Counted from the first letter of the stretch, positions 18,353 to 27,444 are shown. The stretch: 64,000 nt of DNA from a bacterium (GCA_021108215.1 JAIORK010000036.1:22948-86947); one strand, 5' to 3'. Program-made: numbers and translations. Notes: a model not told the origin generated them from the sequence alone.

Positions 18353-20686
18353 TTATTTAATCGGATGTTTAGAAAGAATTTGTCGTGCTAATTCTTCTCC
18401 GTCATTTGGGCCTGGAAATCCACCTCTTTCCCGTAATCGTTCTTCAAGTTGTTTTTGTCTAAGTAAAATATGTTTTTGTACATTTTTCCATTGTTCTTCT
18501 GTGAAAACCTTCGGTTTTGTTTTAATTTCTTCGTCAACCTTGTTTGCCATATGTGTATTGTTTTTTGCACGCATTACTAATTGAATAGCATAAAAATGTG
18601 CATATATATCACCAATTGCGTAATCATCAGGATTTTTAGAAATTTCGCAATATGATTCCAGGATTGAGCGTATATTTGAAATACATAAGAGTAATACATC
18701 TTGCCACCACTCTCGGGTATAAAATAAAAGGCCTATGTACACCATAGAATCACATGCAATATCAGTCCATTCTTTAAATATGCTCTTCTTTCTATCAAAA
18801 GCAACCCAGTAAAATGACAAAATCCACGTGAATTTATCAACTAATTCTTTCACATCATTTTGGTTAGATCGTAGTGGATTATCTAATATCTGACACACAA
18901 CTTTAGCAATATGCTTAATTAGCTCATTAATCTCCCAAATAAGAAAACTATCTCCAAACTCATTTTTTTCTGCAACATTGCGCAAGTGCCGTGCAATGAT
19001 GTCTGTCATGTCTATTAATTCGTAATATGGATTTGTCGCATCTCGTTCAGGATCTACTTTCGGAAATATAGTTGCAGCCATAGCGAATAAATTCCCGAGT
19101 GAAGTTTGTTCGACAAGACTATATGCCTTTGTAAACGGATGATTCATTGATAGTCTTCCTTGAAGAGTTTCACTAATTATTGCAAAGGGCGCTAAATTTC
19201 CAAGTTTTTGAAAAACTTGGCCAAGTACTTCTTTGAAGTAATAATCTTTATTCCGAAGCATATGGTCAAGGATGATAAAATACTGTTTAATAACTTCTTC
19301 TGCTAATACAGGATTGCGGTTAATATAGAAGTACTGAGCAATTTCTGATATTCCATTTATAACTGGCAAGTGAATGTCTGAGTCATCAACATCCTTCGGA
19401 GTACATTTAATAATTCCAGAAAGCATGCCGCTCGTCTGAAACGGCACCTCATCAAGCCCTTTTGTTTGGGCAATCCTCACGCATGACAACATGTAGTTAA
19501 TTGGTTTCATAGACAATGGTGCAGTGTTCGGCCGGTATTTTCTTGCTCCTAAATTTGCTGTGTGGATAGTAATTTTCTTGTATGCTTCAGAAACACTTAA
19601 AGCTGCGGATTCATCATTTTGTGATATAGCAATACGGCTAATTTCATTTAACATTTCATAGGAACAGCCTGTAACTGCTTCTACATCAGATTGGGAAGTT
19701 AACAGCAATGTATCTGGGCAGGGCAAAATTAGTAAATTTAGCTTTCTTGCAGATAAATAATACATAGTCAAATGAGCAATCGCATACACAGCCGATTTCG
19801 TTAATAGTTTCTCATTTCGAGAAATAGCTTTTACTGCGATCTCAGATAAATCATTAATCCAACTATTGATAGTTTGGGGATAGCCGAACACTTGAGGATA
19901 ATAAATCGTTTCTATATCCTCAATTACCACTCCCTGCTTTTTTTCTTCCGGGAGTAATTTATAATGAAGTCTTGCTGATCGATTAACTGTCTTTTTTATA
20001 CGATCAATTGTTCTCATTGCTTGCTTGAGAGCAAGATTTGTTGAATAAGTTGGATCTAACAGCTTGCATATATGACGATGATACAAGCGTAGCAGATCAA
20101 GACTAAATCCCAGAGTTAATATAGCAACAGCTAATTTCAAGTTTTCTGAAACTCCAGCGAATCCACCCGCAGAAAAAGCAAAGCACGCTATACACAATAT
20201 CGCAAGAGCTACAAACGATGCATTTGTAATTAAGTCTCTCCGATAAAGACGGACAATTGAAGATGACCAAGCTTCTGCTGCACGTTGTATTGGTATAATT
20301 GATAGGGTTAATACAAGTGCCAGAATTGTTCCGTACGTGGCACCAAGTTGAATGAGCATTTTATCTATTGATTGCGTTGTGTTTAATGCTGTTCGCAAAG
20401 GCGGATAACCCAGAATAAATGATGCTATTATAAGGCCAATAATACCTATCATAATCTTGCTTGTTTTCAAAAGCAACCCACGACTAAACGAAGTAATATA
20501 AAACCATAAACGAACAACTTTTATTGTCAAATACGTTTTTATTCGCGTTATTATAGTTTTCAATCCATCACGTAGCGACATAATCATTCGTTTGAAATAT
20601 TTCACTAGTTTTGGCCACCATAGTATTACGTTTGTTGACCATAAATTGCGAATTTTAAAGTATGATTTGTTTTTATTTTGGTTCAT
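18353..20686 (-). CDS. Hypothetical large polytopic membrane protein (777 aa; N-terminal ~4-5 TM helices plus ~550-aa alpha-helical soluble domain)
   Basis: Hydrophobic segments (IGIIGLIIASFILGY, YGTILALVLTLSIIPI, FVALAILCIACFAFSAGGF, LAVAILTLGFSL) followed by a long helical domain. No P-loop, nuclease or protease motifs recognised. AT-rich codon usage distinct from the backbone. Confidence 0.55.
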   Translation of the reverse strand: MNQNKNKSYFKIRNLWSTNVILWWPKLVKYFKRMIMSLRDGLKTIITRIKTYLTIKVVRLWFYITSFSRGLLLKTSKIMIGIIGLIIASFILGYPPLRTALNTTQSIDKMLIQLGATYGTILALVLTLSIIPIQRAAEAWSSSIVRLYRRDLITNASFVALAILCIACFAFSAGGFAGVSENLKLAVAILTLGFSLDLLRLYHRHICKLLDPTYSTNLALKQAMRTIDRIKKTVNRSARLHYKLLPEEKKQGVVIEDIETIYYPQVFGYPQTINSWINDLSEIAVKAISRNEKLLTKSAVYAIAHLTMYYLSARKLNLLILPCPDTLLLTSQSDVEAVTGCSYEMLNEISRIAISQNDESAALSVSEAYKKITIHTANLGARKYRPNTAPLSMKPINYMLSCVRIAQTKGLDEVPFQTSGMLSGIIKCTPKDVDDSDIHLPVINGISEIAQYFYINRNPVLAEEVIKQYFIILDHMLRNKDYYFKEVLGQVFQKLGNLAPFAIISETLQGRLSMNHPFTKAYSLVEQTSLGNLFAMAATIFPKVDPERDATNPYYELIDMTDIIARHLRNVAEKNEFGDSFLIWEINELIKHIAKVVCQILDNPLRSNQNDVKELVDKFTWILSFYWVAFDRKKSIFKEWTDIACDSMVYIGLLFYTREWWQDVLLLCISNIRSILESYCEISKNPDDYAIGDIYAHFYAIQLVMRAKNNTHMANKVDEEIKTKPKVFTEEQWKNVQKHILLRQKQLEERLRERGGFPGPNDGEELARQILSKHPIK

Positions 20687-20788
20687 ATAATCCTCTGAAT
20701 CTATTTTCCTGTCAGCGAAATATAGGGCATTATCGTCAACTTTTAGCGGAATAGCAATTCAAAATATATTACACCGTAAATAGCACCG

Positions 20789-20983
20789 TTATTTTATACA
20801 TGACTGTTTCTTTATGGCTTTTACTACCAAATCACTGATTTCTTGCATTATCTCTGGATCGTATTGGATAAAATCAAGTCTACCGCTGCTTTTATCTTGG
20901 TTTTCTTTTACTACTTCTCGATCCATACGTTCAGTTATGATTTGGAAGACCTTTATATCACCCCGTGCCGCTTGTTTGATCAT
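20789..20983 (-). CDS. Small hypothetical protein (64 aa from ATG; open frame continues ~45 codons upstream without an ATG)
   Basis: In-frame upstream region (back to a TGA at ~21120) encodes a GNPCGAKCGVSHW Cys-rich motif but has no canonical start; possibly a degraded gene or a non-AUG start. Confidence 0.25.
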   Translation of the reverse strand: MIKQAARGDIKVFQIITERMDREVVKENQDKSSGRLDFIQYDPEIMQEISDLVVKAIKKQSCIK

Positions 20984-21119
20984 GGCGCCTGCAACCTTTT
21001 CCTGGCTGATACTGCCAGTCTCAAACTGTTCCTTGATAACAACATTCCAGTGACTGACTCCACACTTGGCACCGCAGGGATTTCCGCTTTGTCCCTTTCT
21101 TCTAATTAATTCTTTATAA

Positions 21120-21147
21120 ACAAAAAAGAGCCTCCCTTTCGGGAGGC
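21120..21147 (-). terminator. Terminator hairpin after the XRE regulator gene
   Basis: AAGAGCCTCCC-TTTC-GGGAGGCTCTT perfect stem followed on the minus strand by TTTTTTG. Confidence 0.5.
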
Positions 21148-21149
21148 TC

Positions 21150-21359
21150 TTAAAGATTCATTAGGTCCTTTAATTTAATCCCCAGCCCATGAGCTATCTT
21201 AGCTAGAGTGGTGAATTGCGGGTCCACAAGACCTTTTTCGATCTTACTTAGGTTGCCTTTGGACATGCCGTTTTCATAAGCTAGGTGTTCCAGGGTAATC
21301 CCCTTCTCCTTCCTTAGCTTATGTATCCTCATGCCCAGTTTTTCGGTTAATTGGCTCAT
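21150..21359 (-). CDS. XRE-family helix-turn-helix transcriptional regulator (Cro/CI-like)
   Basis: 69 aa with HTH (ITLEHLAYENGMSKGNLSKIEKG). Confidence 0.7.
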   Translation of the reverse strand: MSQLTEKLGMRIHKLRKEKGITLEHLAYENGMSKGNLSKIEKGLVDPQFTTLAKIAHGLGIKLKDLMNL

Positions 21360-21647
21360 AATGGAGTTGATTTTACAATATTTTAGGTTTATAGTAGTTT
21401 CTTATAAGAAACTTTTGGAGGTTAAATATGCAAATCTTAAAATCTACAATTCCTTATGTCATTGAATTTTCACCGGATGACATCAATTATTTACATTTGG
21501 CCTGTCATTATTATAAAGATTTACTGAAAAATAATAAGGACATGAAAAAAATCAAACGACGGGATAGACTTAAGCATCTAAACCAAATGATAACGCTCAT
21601 TGATTTGATGATGTGAGGATTATCAAAAAAATATTTTTATATTTGTT

Positions 21648-22214
21648 CTATTTACTCTGCATTGCTAATAGCTCCGCCTTTTTTCCCTCCATCGGGGCTG
21701 AAATATGTATTCGTGATTTTTCTTTTTTACGCTTCTGGCCTCCCTGGTTTAATTTCGAGAGGTTTTCAGATATAAATCTATCAATATTCTCTTTAGCTTC
21801 CACATGAAAGCGAGCCACTCCGTTTTTAATATCCACATCTTTACCAGCCATGTGTATCAATTGATCAAGATACATTTTTACTTTAAATGCATGATATTTA
21901 ATCAAATCAACAATTTTTACCGAAGGCTGGCGAAAACCAATTTCCAAGTGAAGCCCAAGGACGCTTGCATAATTCAATAGATCACCAACAGCGATATCTT
22001 TGTCATAAGAGGATTCGATTTTGGATATTTTCCCCTGGGAACAACCAACTTTTTTCGCCAGTTTGGTCTGCGTGAGTTGGTGTTTGCAACGCAACATGAG
22101 CAGGAATTTGGAAATCATCCGGTTTTCGATTTCATACGCTACGCTTTTCTTGAATTCCTCATCCGTTGAAAGCCCTTCCATCATTTTCATAACATTTTCA
22201 TATTTTTTCGCCAT
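21648..22214 (-). CDS. HigA-like antitoxin / XRE-family HTH protein
   Basis: HTH (LTQTKLAKKVGCSQGKISKIES) in a 188-aa protein; start overlaps the stop of the upstream toxin-like gene (toxin-first HigBA arrangement). Confidence 0.6.
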   Translation of the reverse strand: MAKKYENVMKMMEGLSTDEEFKKSVAYEIENRMISKFLLMLRCKHQLTQTKLAKKVGCSQGKISKIESSYDKDIAVGDLLNYASVLGLHLEIGFRQPSVKIVDLIKYHAFKVKMYLDQLIHMAGKDVDIKNGVARFHVEAKENIDRFISENLSKLNQGGQKRKKEKSRIHISAPMEGKKAELLAMQSK

Positions 22215-22585
22215 TATTGTCCCCCCTGTTTCATACCCTTTACCTTTTTCTTGTATTCCTCAATATCCCTACTCTGGGACCTCTTATCCCCTATTCCTAA
22301 AAGCACAACCCTCTTTTCCTTTACGTCGGAATAGATATAAAGCCGTGTTTCCTGGAGCTTCTTTCTTATTCCTCCACATCTTTGGTCAATCGCTTTGATG
22401 CCCATGGGTTCCGGATAGACAAACCCCACCTGGACCAACGAAGGCGACCCACACTCACACAAAGTCCTAAAATACGTGTCCAGGTTGTTCAAAACGCACT
22501 TTAATTCATCTTTGTGCTTTTTTTGATAGTGCTTGTGGTCCCTCTCGAAGGATTGCGTCGGTTGGAGATGCCATGGTTCCATCAT
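22214..22585 (-). CDS. RelE/HigB-like type II toxin (addiction-module killer family)
   Basis: C-terminal RLYIYSDVKEKRVVLLGIGDKRSQSRDIE resembles the HigB/RelE-like killer signature (...Y..vvLL.ggdKs.Q..DI); 123 aa, coupled to the downstream XRE antitoxin. Confidence 0.5.
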   Translation of the reverse strand: MMEPWHLQPTQSFERDHKHYQKKHKDELKCVLNNLDTYFRTLCECGSPSLVQVGFVYPEPMGIKAIDQRCGGIRKKLQETRLYIYSDVKEKRVVLLGIGDKRSQSRDIEEYKKKVKGMKQGGQ

Positions 22586-23034
22586 CGGCTCAATCCGTAG
22601 GTATTGGTATAATTATTCCATATTGGAATATTATCTCTTTTGGTTATATTTGTCAACGCTTCCATAAAACGTTTCCCTCGAATAAGTATCTTGCGTACCC
22701 TTTATTCGTTAGACAATTTTTTCGAGAGTTTCATGCATTTATTACTATTTTTTTTATTCTTTTTACGGATTGATATTGAGGTTGTATTAAGGACTCCTAC
22801 AAGGAATATCATGGTTTTTGGATAAGATGGCTGAAATGAGATAAGGGAAATTGGCTGCTGTGCTCACAGAGTTCTCTTCGCATGAGATTCCCCGTTTGGT
22901 ATCTAAGAAAAACAGAAAAAACCAATCTTCACTACTCGGGAATCGGTTACTACGGTCGCAACATCATGTTGCTCCCTGCGTAACCCCGCCTCGACAGCTA
23001 GCCAAAGACATCTCGTTTTTCATCCCAAAAAACT

Positions 23035-23403
23035 CTATTTTCCTGCTTCCTTTTTATCCAAACCCCTCACCAGTCCGTTGATCATTTTGCAAATTTCATT
23101 AAGATTTTCGTTCAAGTCTAGACAGTTATCTGAATTTATTAATTGTTTGCGTTTACATACTTCAATAATCGGTATACATTCCTGAGCAGATCCTCTAGCA
23201 ATCCAAAAGAACTGTTTGCGTTCTTTTGGATGCCATCTACCGTTTCCTTCTGCCAAATTAGCCGATATGGATAGCGCTGCCCGATTGAGCTGATCAATAA
23301 GGTAATAGTTGCCTTTCGGAAATGTGTCGGTAAGTTTAGATGTCTTTTCTGCAACATCGACCGCTTTTTGGTAAACTTCCAATTTCTCAAACATGAAAGA
23401 CAT
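23035..23403 (-). CDS. Four-helix-bundle protein (23S rRNA intervening-sequence protein family)
   Basis: LEVYQKAVDVAEKTSKLTDTFPKGNYYLIDQLNRAALSISANLAEGNGR matches the family signature (vYq.a..l......FPk.e...l..Ql.RAa.Si..NiAEG.gR). Confidence 0.7.
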   Translation of the reverse strand: MSFMFEKLEVYQKAVDVAEKTSKLTDTFPKGNYYLIDQLNRAALSISANLAEGNGRWHPKERKQFFWIARGSAQECIPIIEVCKRKQLINSDNCLDLNENLNEICKMINGLVRGLDKKEAGK

Positions 23404-23602
23404 AGTTCAAACCTCCTATTTGGGTCCTTTATGGTATTAGACTGAAAATAGGAAGATTTCATGCTGGGAAAATGAAAAAAATACAAAAAAAATTGTGAAC
23501 AGCAGATCAGCTGAGCAGCAGACCGCCCTGAATCACATGTGATTCAGGACTCCACCAGAAATAGAAAACCCTGCACCTTATTGGTGCAGGATTTTCTATT
23601 TC

Positions 23603-23677
23603 TGGTAGCGCTACGGGGAATCGAACCCCGGCTTGATGACTGAGAATCATCCGTCCTAGCCGCTAGACGATAGCGCC
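23603..23677 (-). tRNA. tRNA-Glu (anticodon CUC)
   Basis: Minus strand GGCGCTATCGTCTAGCGGCTAGGACGGATGATTCTCAGTCATCAAGCCGGGGTTCGATTCCCCGTAGCGCTACCA folds as a cloverleaf. Anticodon stem GATGA/TCATC, loop TTCTCAG (CTC), T-loop TTCGATT, encoded CCA. Confidence 0.8.
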
Positions 23678-24133
23678 ATGAGCGAAGCGAATAGCTCTGC
23701 TGTTCTGCTGCTCTGATTTCAATAAATATGTACAAGCCAATTCCAACAACTTAAAAATATGATCAGCGGACCAGCCGATAGCAGACCGCTGGTTCGCTTT
23801 TTCCTGCTGTTCTGCTGCTCTGATGCTCACCTGCTCTGCAATTTCGCTTTTTCGAAATTGCGAACCCCGGCTTGATGACTGAGAATCATCCGTCCTAGCC
23901 GCTAGACGATAGCGCCATGAGCGAAGCGAATAGCTCTGCTGTTCTGCTGCTCTGATTTCAATAAATATGTACAAGCCAATTCCAACAACTTAAAAATATG
24001 ATCAGCGGACCAGCCGATAGCAGACCGCTGGTTCGCTTTTTCCTGCTGTTCTGCTGCTCTGATGCTCACCTGCTCTGCAATTTCGCTTTTTCGAAATTGC
24101 GAACCCCGGCTTGATGACTGAGAATCATCCGTC
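23622..24133. repeat. Tandem direct repeat, 239-bp unit x ~2.1, each unit starting with the 5' ~55 nt of tRNA-Glu (truncated tRNA copies)
   Basis: Units start at 23622, 23861 and 24100 with CGAACCCCGGCTTGATGACTGAGAATCATCCGTC... and are near-identical through ...CAATTTCGCTTTTTCGAAATTG. Copies 2 and 3 lack the tRNA 3' acceptor/T-arm strand. Confidence 0.85.
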
Positions 24134-24151
24134 GTCTTGCGCAGCAAGACA

Positions 24152-24235
24152 GCTCTGCTGTTCTGCTGTTCTGCTGTTCTGCTGTTCTGCTGTTCTGCTG
24201 TTCTGCTGTTCCGCTGTTCTGATGCTCTGCTGTTC
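24152..24235. repeat. Octanucleotide microsatellite (CTGTTCTG)n, ~10 units with minor variants
   Basis: CTGCTGTTCTGCTGTTCTGCTGTTCTG... directly read in sequence between the tandem repeats and tRNA-Gln. Confidence 0.8.
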
Positions 24236-24277
24236 TGATGTTCTGCTGCTCTGCCACTCTTTCTCACTACGAAAGAG

Positions 24278-24353
24278 TGGCTGCCGATCCTGGGCTCGAA
24301 CCAGGGACCCCCTGCTCCAGAGGCAGGTGCTCTACCAATTGAGCTAATCGGCA
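24278..24353 (-). tRNA. tRNA-Gln (anticodon CUG)
   Basis: Minus strand TGCCGATTAGCTCAATTGGTAGAGCACCTGCCTCTGGAGCAGGGGGTCCCTGGTTCGAGCCCAGGATCGGCAGCCA. Anticodon stem CCTGC/GCAGG, loop CTCTGGA (CTG), T-loop TTCGAGC, discriminator G plus CCA. Confidence 0.8.
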
Positions 24354-24449
24354 ACAATTCTTCACCGCGGAGACGCTGAGCACACAGAGTAAACCAAAAA
24401 TAAATCTAAACGACTTCAAATCTCTCTGCGTTCTCTGCAATAAAAAAAT

Positions 24450-25919
24450 TTAAATATCGATCCCCGCCGTTTTCAAACCTATTTCCAAACGGCTGATCGT
24501 TTTTTCCTTACCCAAAATTTCCATCACTTCAAAAATACCGGGTGATTGCATACGTCCCGTCAGGCTAACCCGCAAAGGATGCGCTAAAATCCCGAATTTC
24601 ACCTGCTTTTCTTCAATAAAACCCTTGAGGGATTCTTCCAATCCTGAAACGGAAAAGGATTCTACCATTTTCAATTTTTCGTGTAAAGCCTTAAATAAAA
24701 CCTGATTTTCCTTCATACTCGCTAATTTTTCCCGCGCTTTTTCATCTATTTTTTCCAAATCCGGCTCCTGAAAAAAATAATCCACCTGACCGGGCAGCTC
24801 CGTAAGCAGTTTAAATTTTTCCCGCACCAATTTGACGCAGGCTGTGGCATAGGTTGTATCGTCTTTATCAGATAAAACCCCGGTATTTCGTAAAACACTC
24901 AGCGCACGTTTAATGTAAACAGCTTCATCAATACTGCGCATATACTGCCCGTTCATCCAGGTCAATTTATCCGGATCAAAGACCGCAGGATTTTTACTGA
25001 CTTTTTTCAAAGAAAATTTTTCTTCCAGTGCTTGTTTGGAAAATAGTGTGGTTTTGTCATCAAATGCCCAGCCCAAGAGCGCTAAATAATTAATCATGGT
25101 TTCCGGCAGGTAACCCTCTTTGGCATACGCACCAATTGAAGTGGCGCCGTGCCGTTTGGACAACCGCGTCTTATCCGGACCCAGAATCATGGGAACATGC
25201 GCAAATTTCGGAAGCGGTTCATTGAGCGCCTTGTACACCGCAATCTGACGGGGTGTATTGGAAAGATGATCGTCACCGCGGATCACATGCGTAATTTTCA
25301 TGGTCACATCATCCACTACAACAGCAAAATTATAGGTCGGCAGACCATTGGTCCTAAACAGGACAAAATCATCCAGTACTTTATTTTCAAAAACAACTTT
25401 TTCCCGAACAGCATCCCCGATAATCGTCTCGCCCTCGGTCGGCATTTTCATGCGAATGGTATGCGGTTCTCCGGCAGCAACACGGGCTTTGGCCTCTGTT
25501 GACGGGATGTGACGACAAGCTCCGTTGTATTTGGGATCTTCATTTTTTTCCAATGCTTGCTTGCGCATACTGTCCAGGCTTTCTGCTGAACAAAAACAAT
25601 AATAGGCATCTCCCGAGTCAAGCAGCTGATTCACTTTCTCCCGATAGATATCCAACCGCTCTGTCTGACGGTAGGGTCCAAAATCACCGCCCACACCCGG
25701 CCCTTCATCCCAATTGAGGCCGAGCCATTTCATATCTTCAAGGATCATCTGCACAGATTCCTCGGTGCTGCGCTCAACATCGGTATCTTCCAGGCGAAGC
25801 ACAAAGGTCCCCCCCTGACGGCGTGCATAGAGATAATTAAAGAGTGCGGTGCGTGCGCCGCCAATATGCAGATGACCGGTCGGCGAGGGTGCAAAGCGGA
25901 CGCGAATGGTTCCAGACAT
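24450..25919 (-). CDS. gltX: Glutamate--tRNA ligase (GluRS)
   Basis: HIGH motif (PSPTGHLHIGGART) and KMSKS-type RLSKRHGA. Start reassigned to the second ATG (MSGTIRV...) because GGAGGT lies between the two ATGs. Confidence 0.93.
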   Translation of the reverse strand: MSGTIRVRFAPSPTGHLHIGGARTALFNYLYARRQGGTFVLRLEDTDVERSTEESVQMILEDMKWLGLNWDEGPGVGGDFGPYRQTERLDIYREKVNQLLDSGDAYYCFCSAESLDSMRKQALEKNEDPKYNGACRHIPSTEAKARVAAGEPHTIRMKMPTEGETIIGDAVREKVVFENKVLDDFVLFRTNGLPTYNFAVVVDDVTMKITHVIRGDDHLSNTPRQIAVYKALNEPLPKFAHVPMILGPDKTRLSKRHGATSIGAYAKEGYLPETMINYLALLGWAFDDKTTLFSKQALEEKFSLKKVSKNPAVFDPDKLTWMNGQYMRSIDEAVYIKRALSVLRNTGVLSDKDDTTYATACVKLVREKFKLLTELPGQVDYFFQEPDLEKIDEKAREKLASMKENQVLFKALHEKLKMVESFSVSGLEESLKGFIEEKQVKFGILAHPLRVSLTGRMQSPGIFEVMEILGKEKTISRLEIGLKTAGIDI

Positions 25920-26139
25920 AGTACCTCCAGGCATTTTTGTGCAACAAAAATGCAGAGCATTTGAGAGAAGAAAACAGAAAACAGTTCAACACACTCAAAT
26001 GTGGTCTATTCTCAACTTTCTATTGCTCTGCGTACGTTTTATAATAACAAAACCCGAAAAAAGGTTTCCAGTTTCACCCTTTCTCGGGTTTTCAATGTCA
26101 CTTTTGAATAATATCCGTTGCCATACAAAAAAATCTATG

Positions 26140-26520
26140 TCAACGCTTCTTGGCAGGGTCGTACTTGGTCTCCGGCTCAAATTTTTCAAATCCCATATCA
26201 CAATTGCCCTTAAAAATAACGCCCTCGGCAATGGCCAGACGGGGAGTATGAATATCACCCTGGAGCTGACCGGCCGGCATGATTTCCAAGCGCTTGGCAG
26301 CCGAAACATTGCCGGTTATTTTTCCGGAAAGTAAAACCGTCTTGGCGGTAATATTTCCCTTGATCAAACCTTTCTCGCCCACAATGACGCCCTCTTCGCT
26401 GCTGACATTTCCCTCAACCTTGCCGTCAATGCGAACTGTACCTTTGGCATTAATCTGCCCTTTAAACTCTGAACCGGCGCCCAAAATAGTATCAACGCCT
26501 CTGCTTTTTTCTTCTGCCAT
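26140..26520 (-). CDS. Bactofilin (polymer-forming cytoskeletal protein)
   Basis: 126 aa with repetitive G.V.G.V beta-helix pattern (GTVRIDGKVEGNVSSEEGVIVGEKGLIKGNITAKTVLLSGKITGNVSA). Confidence 0.75.
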   Translation of the reverse strand: MAEEKSRGVDTILGAGSEFKGQINAKGTVRIDGKVEGNVSSEEGVIVGEKGLIKGNITAKTVLLSGKITGNVSAAKRLEIMPAGQLQGDIHTPRLAIAEGVIFKGNCDMGFEKFEPETKYDPAKKR

Positions 26521-26541
26521 GTCGTTTATCTCCGATAGGTA

Positions 26542-27444
26542 TTATTGTTTTATATATTTTAGGGGATCAACCGGAATGCCATTGACGCGAATTTCATAGT
26601 GAAGATGAGCTGCCGTAGAACGGCCGGTATTTCCGACAAATCCAATCACCTGGCCGCGCCGGACACGCTGCCCGATATTCACCAATTGGCGCTGAAGATG
26701 CGCATAACGGGTGGAAAAACCATATCCATGATCAACCACGATCAGTTTACCATAGCCGCCTTCCCATCCCACATACGTTACCACACCGTCAGCCGGCGCT
26801 TTGATCGAGGTTCCTGCCTCATTGGCAATATCCAGACCGTGGTGCATGGTCGTACCTTCAAAAAACGGTGAATTGCGCATTCCGAAACGGGAGGTGATCC
26901 AGCCCCGAATCGGCCAGTCTGTGGGTTTTGAAGCCAGCAAGGACCGCTGGGTCGCTATATATTTTTTTAATTCCTGATAACTTTGCATTCTTTCACGCGC
27001 ATTTTGTTTAAGAAATGTAAGGGATTTTGCAAATTCATTGGGCGTCAGGGTTGATTTGCTGTTCAAGGCCTTCATAAGATTAACCTGGTCCACCGGTGAA
27101 GGCCCCCCCTCGCCGGTATATTTAAGCAGATTTTTTTTATTCTTCATTTTTAACATAGCGCGTAATTCATCTTCGATTTTAACCACACGCTGAAAAGCTT
27201 CATGTGTACTGGCCAATTCCTGTATAAAATAAGCATTTTTTTCAACCAATTGGATATTGGCCCGGCGTGTCAATTCATAACCCACATGGCGGGTCATGAT
27301 GAAAGAAGAGACGCCTACCGTGGTCAGCCCCAAAAACCCAACCAGCAAGAGAATTGCCGTTGATATTTTAAACGAAAATATTTTCCGCTCATCATGGGGG
27401 ATCAACATCAGTGTTACAAAGTTGTCTTTTTTCTTTTTTGCCAT
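26542..27444 (-). CDS. M23 family metallopeptidase (membrane-anchored, coiled-coil)
   Basis: N-terminal TM, coiled-coil region, C-terminal LytM domain with HHGLDIA...GNTGRSTAAHLHYEIRVNG zinc ligand motifs (HxxxD, HxH). Confidence 0.85.
   Translation of the reverse strand: MAKKKKDNFVTLMLIPHDERKIFSFKISTAILLLVGFLGLTTVGVSSFIMTRHVGYELTRRANIQLVEKNAYFIQELASTHEAFQRVVKIEDELRAMLKMKNKKNLLKYTGEGGPSPVDQVNLMKALNSKSTLTPNEFAKSLTFLKQNARERMQSYQELKKYIATQRSLLASKPTDWPIRGWITSRFGMRNSPFFEGTTMHHGLDIANEAGTSIKAPADGVVTYVGWEGGYGKLIVVDHGYGFSTRYAHLQRQLVNIGQRVRRGQVIGFVGNTGRSTAAHLHYEIRVNGIPVDPLKYIKQ

Noticed and set aside
17541-23603. Looked for an integrase/recombinase or transposase in the island and other AT-rich islets
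   Set aside because: No ORF with tyrosine/serine recombinase or DDE transposase motifs was found; island called a decayed remnant rather than an active mobile element.
23622-24235. Possible CRISPR array
   Set aside because: Repeat unit is 239 bp with no unique spacers, and the other repeat is an 8-nt microsatellite; no cas genes; not CRISPR-like.
23139-24357. Overlapping minus-strand ORFs translating to AEQQNSRTAEQQNSR repeats across the tRNA/repeat region
   Set aside because: They span tRNA genes, tandem 239-bp repeats and the octanucleotide microsatellite; low-complexity translations are a by-product of the repeats, not genes.
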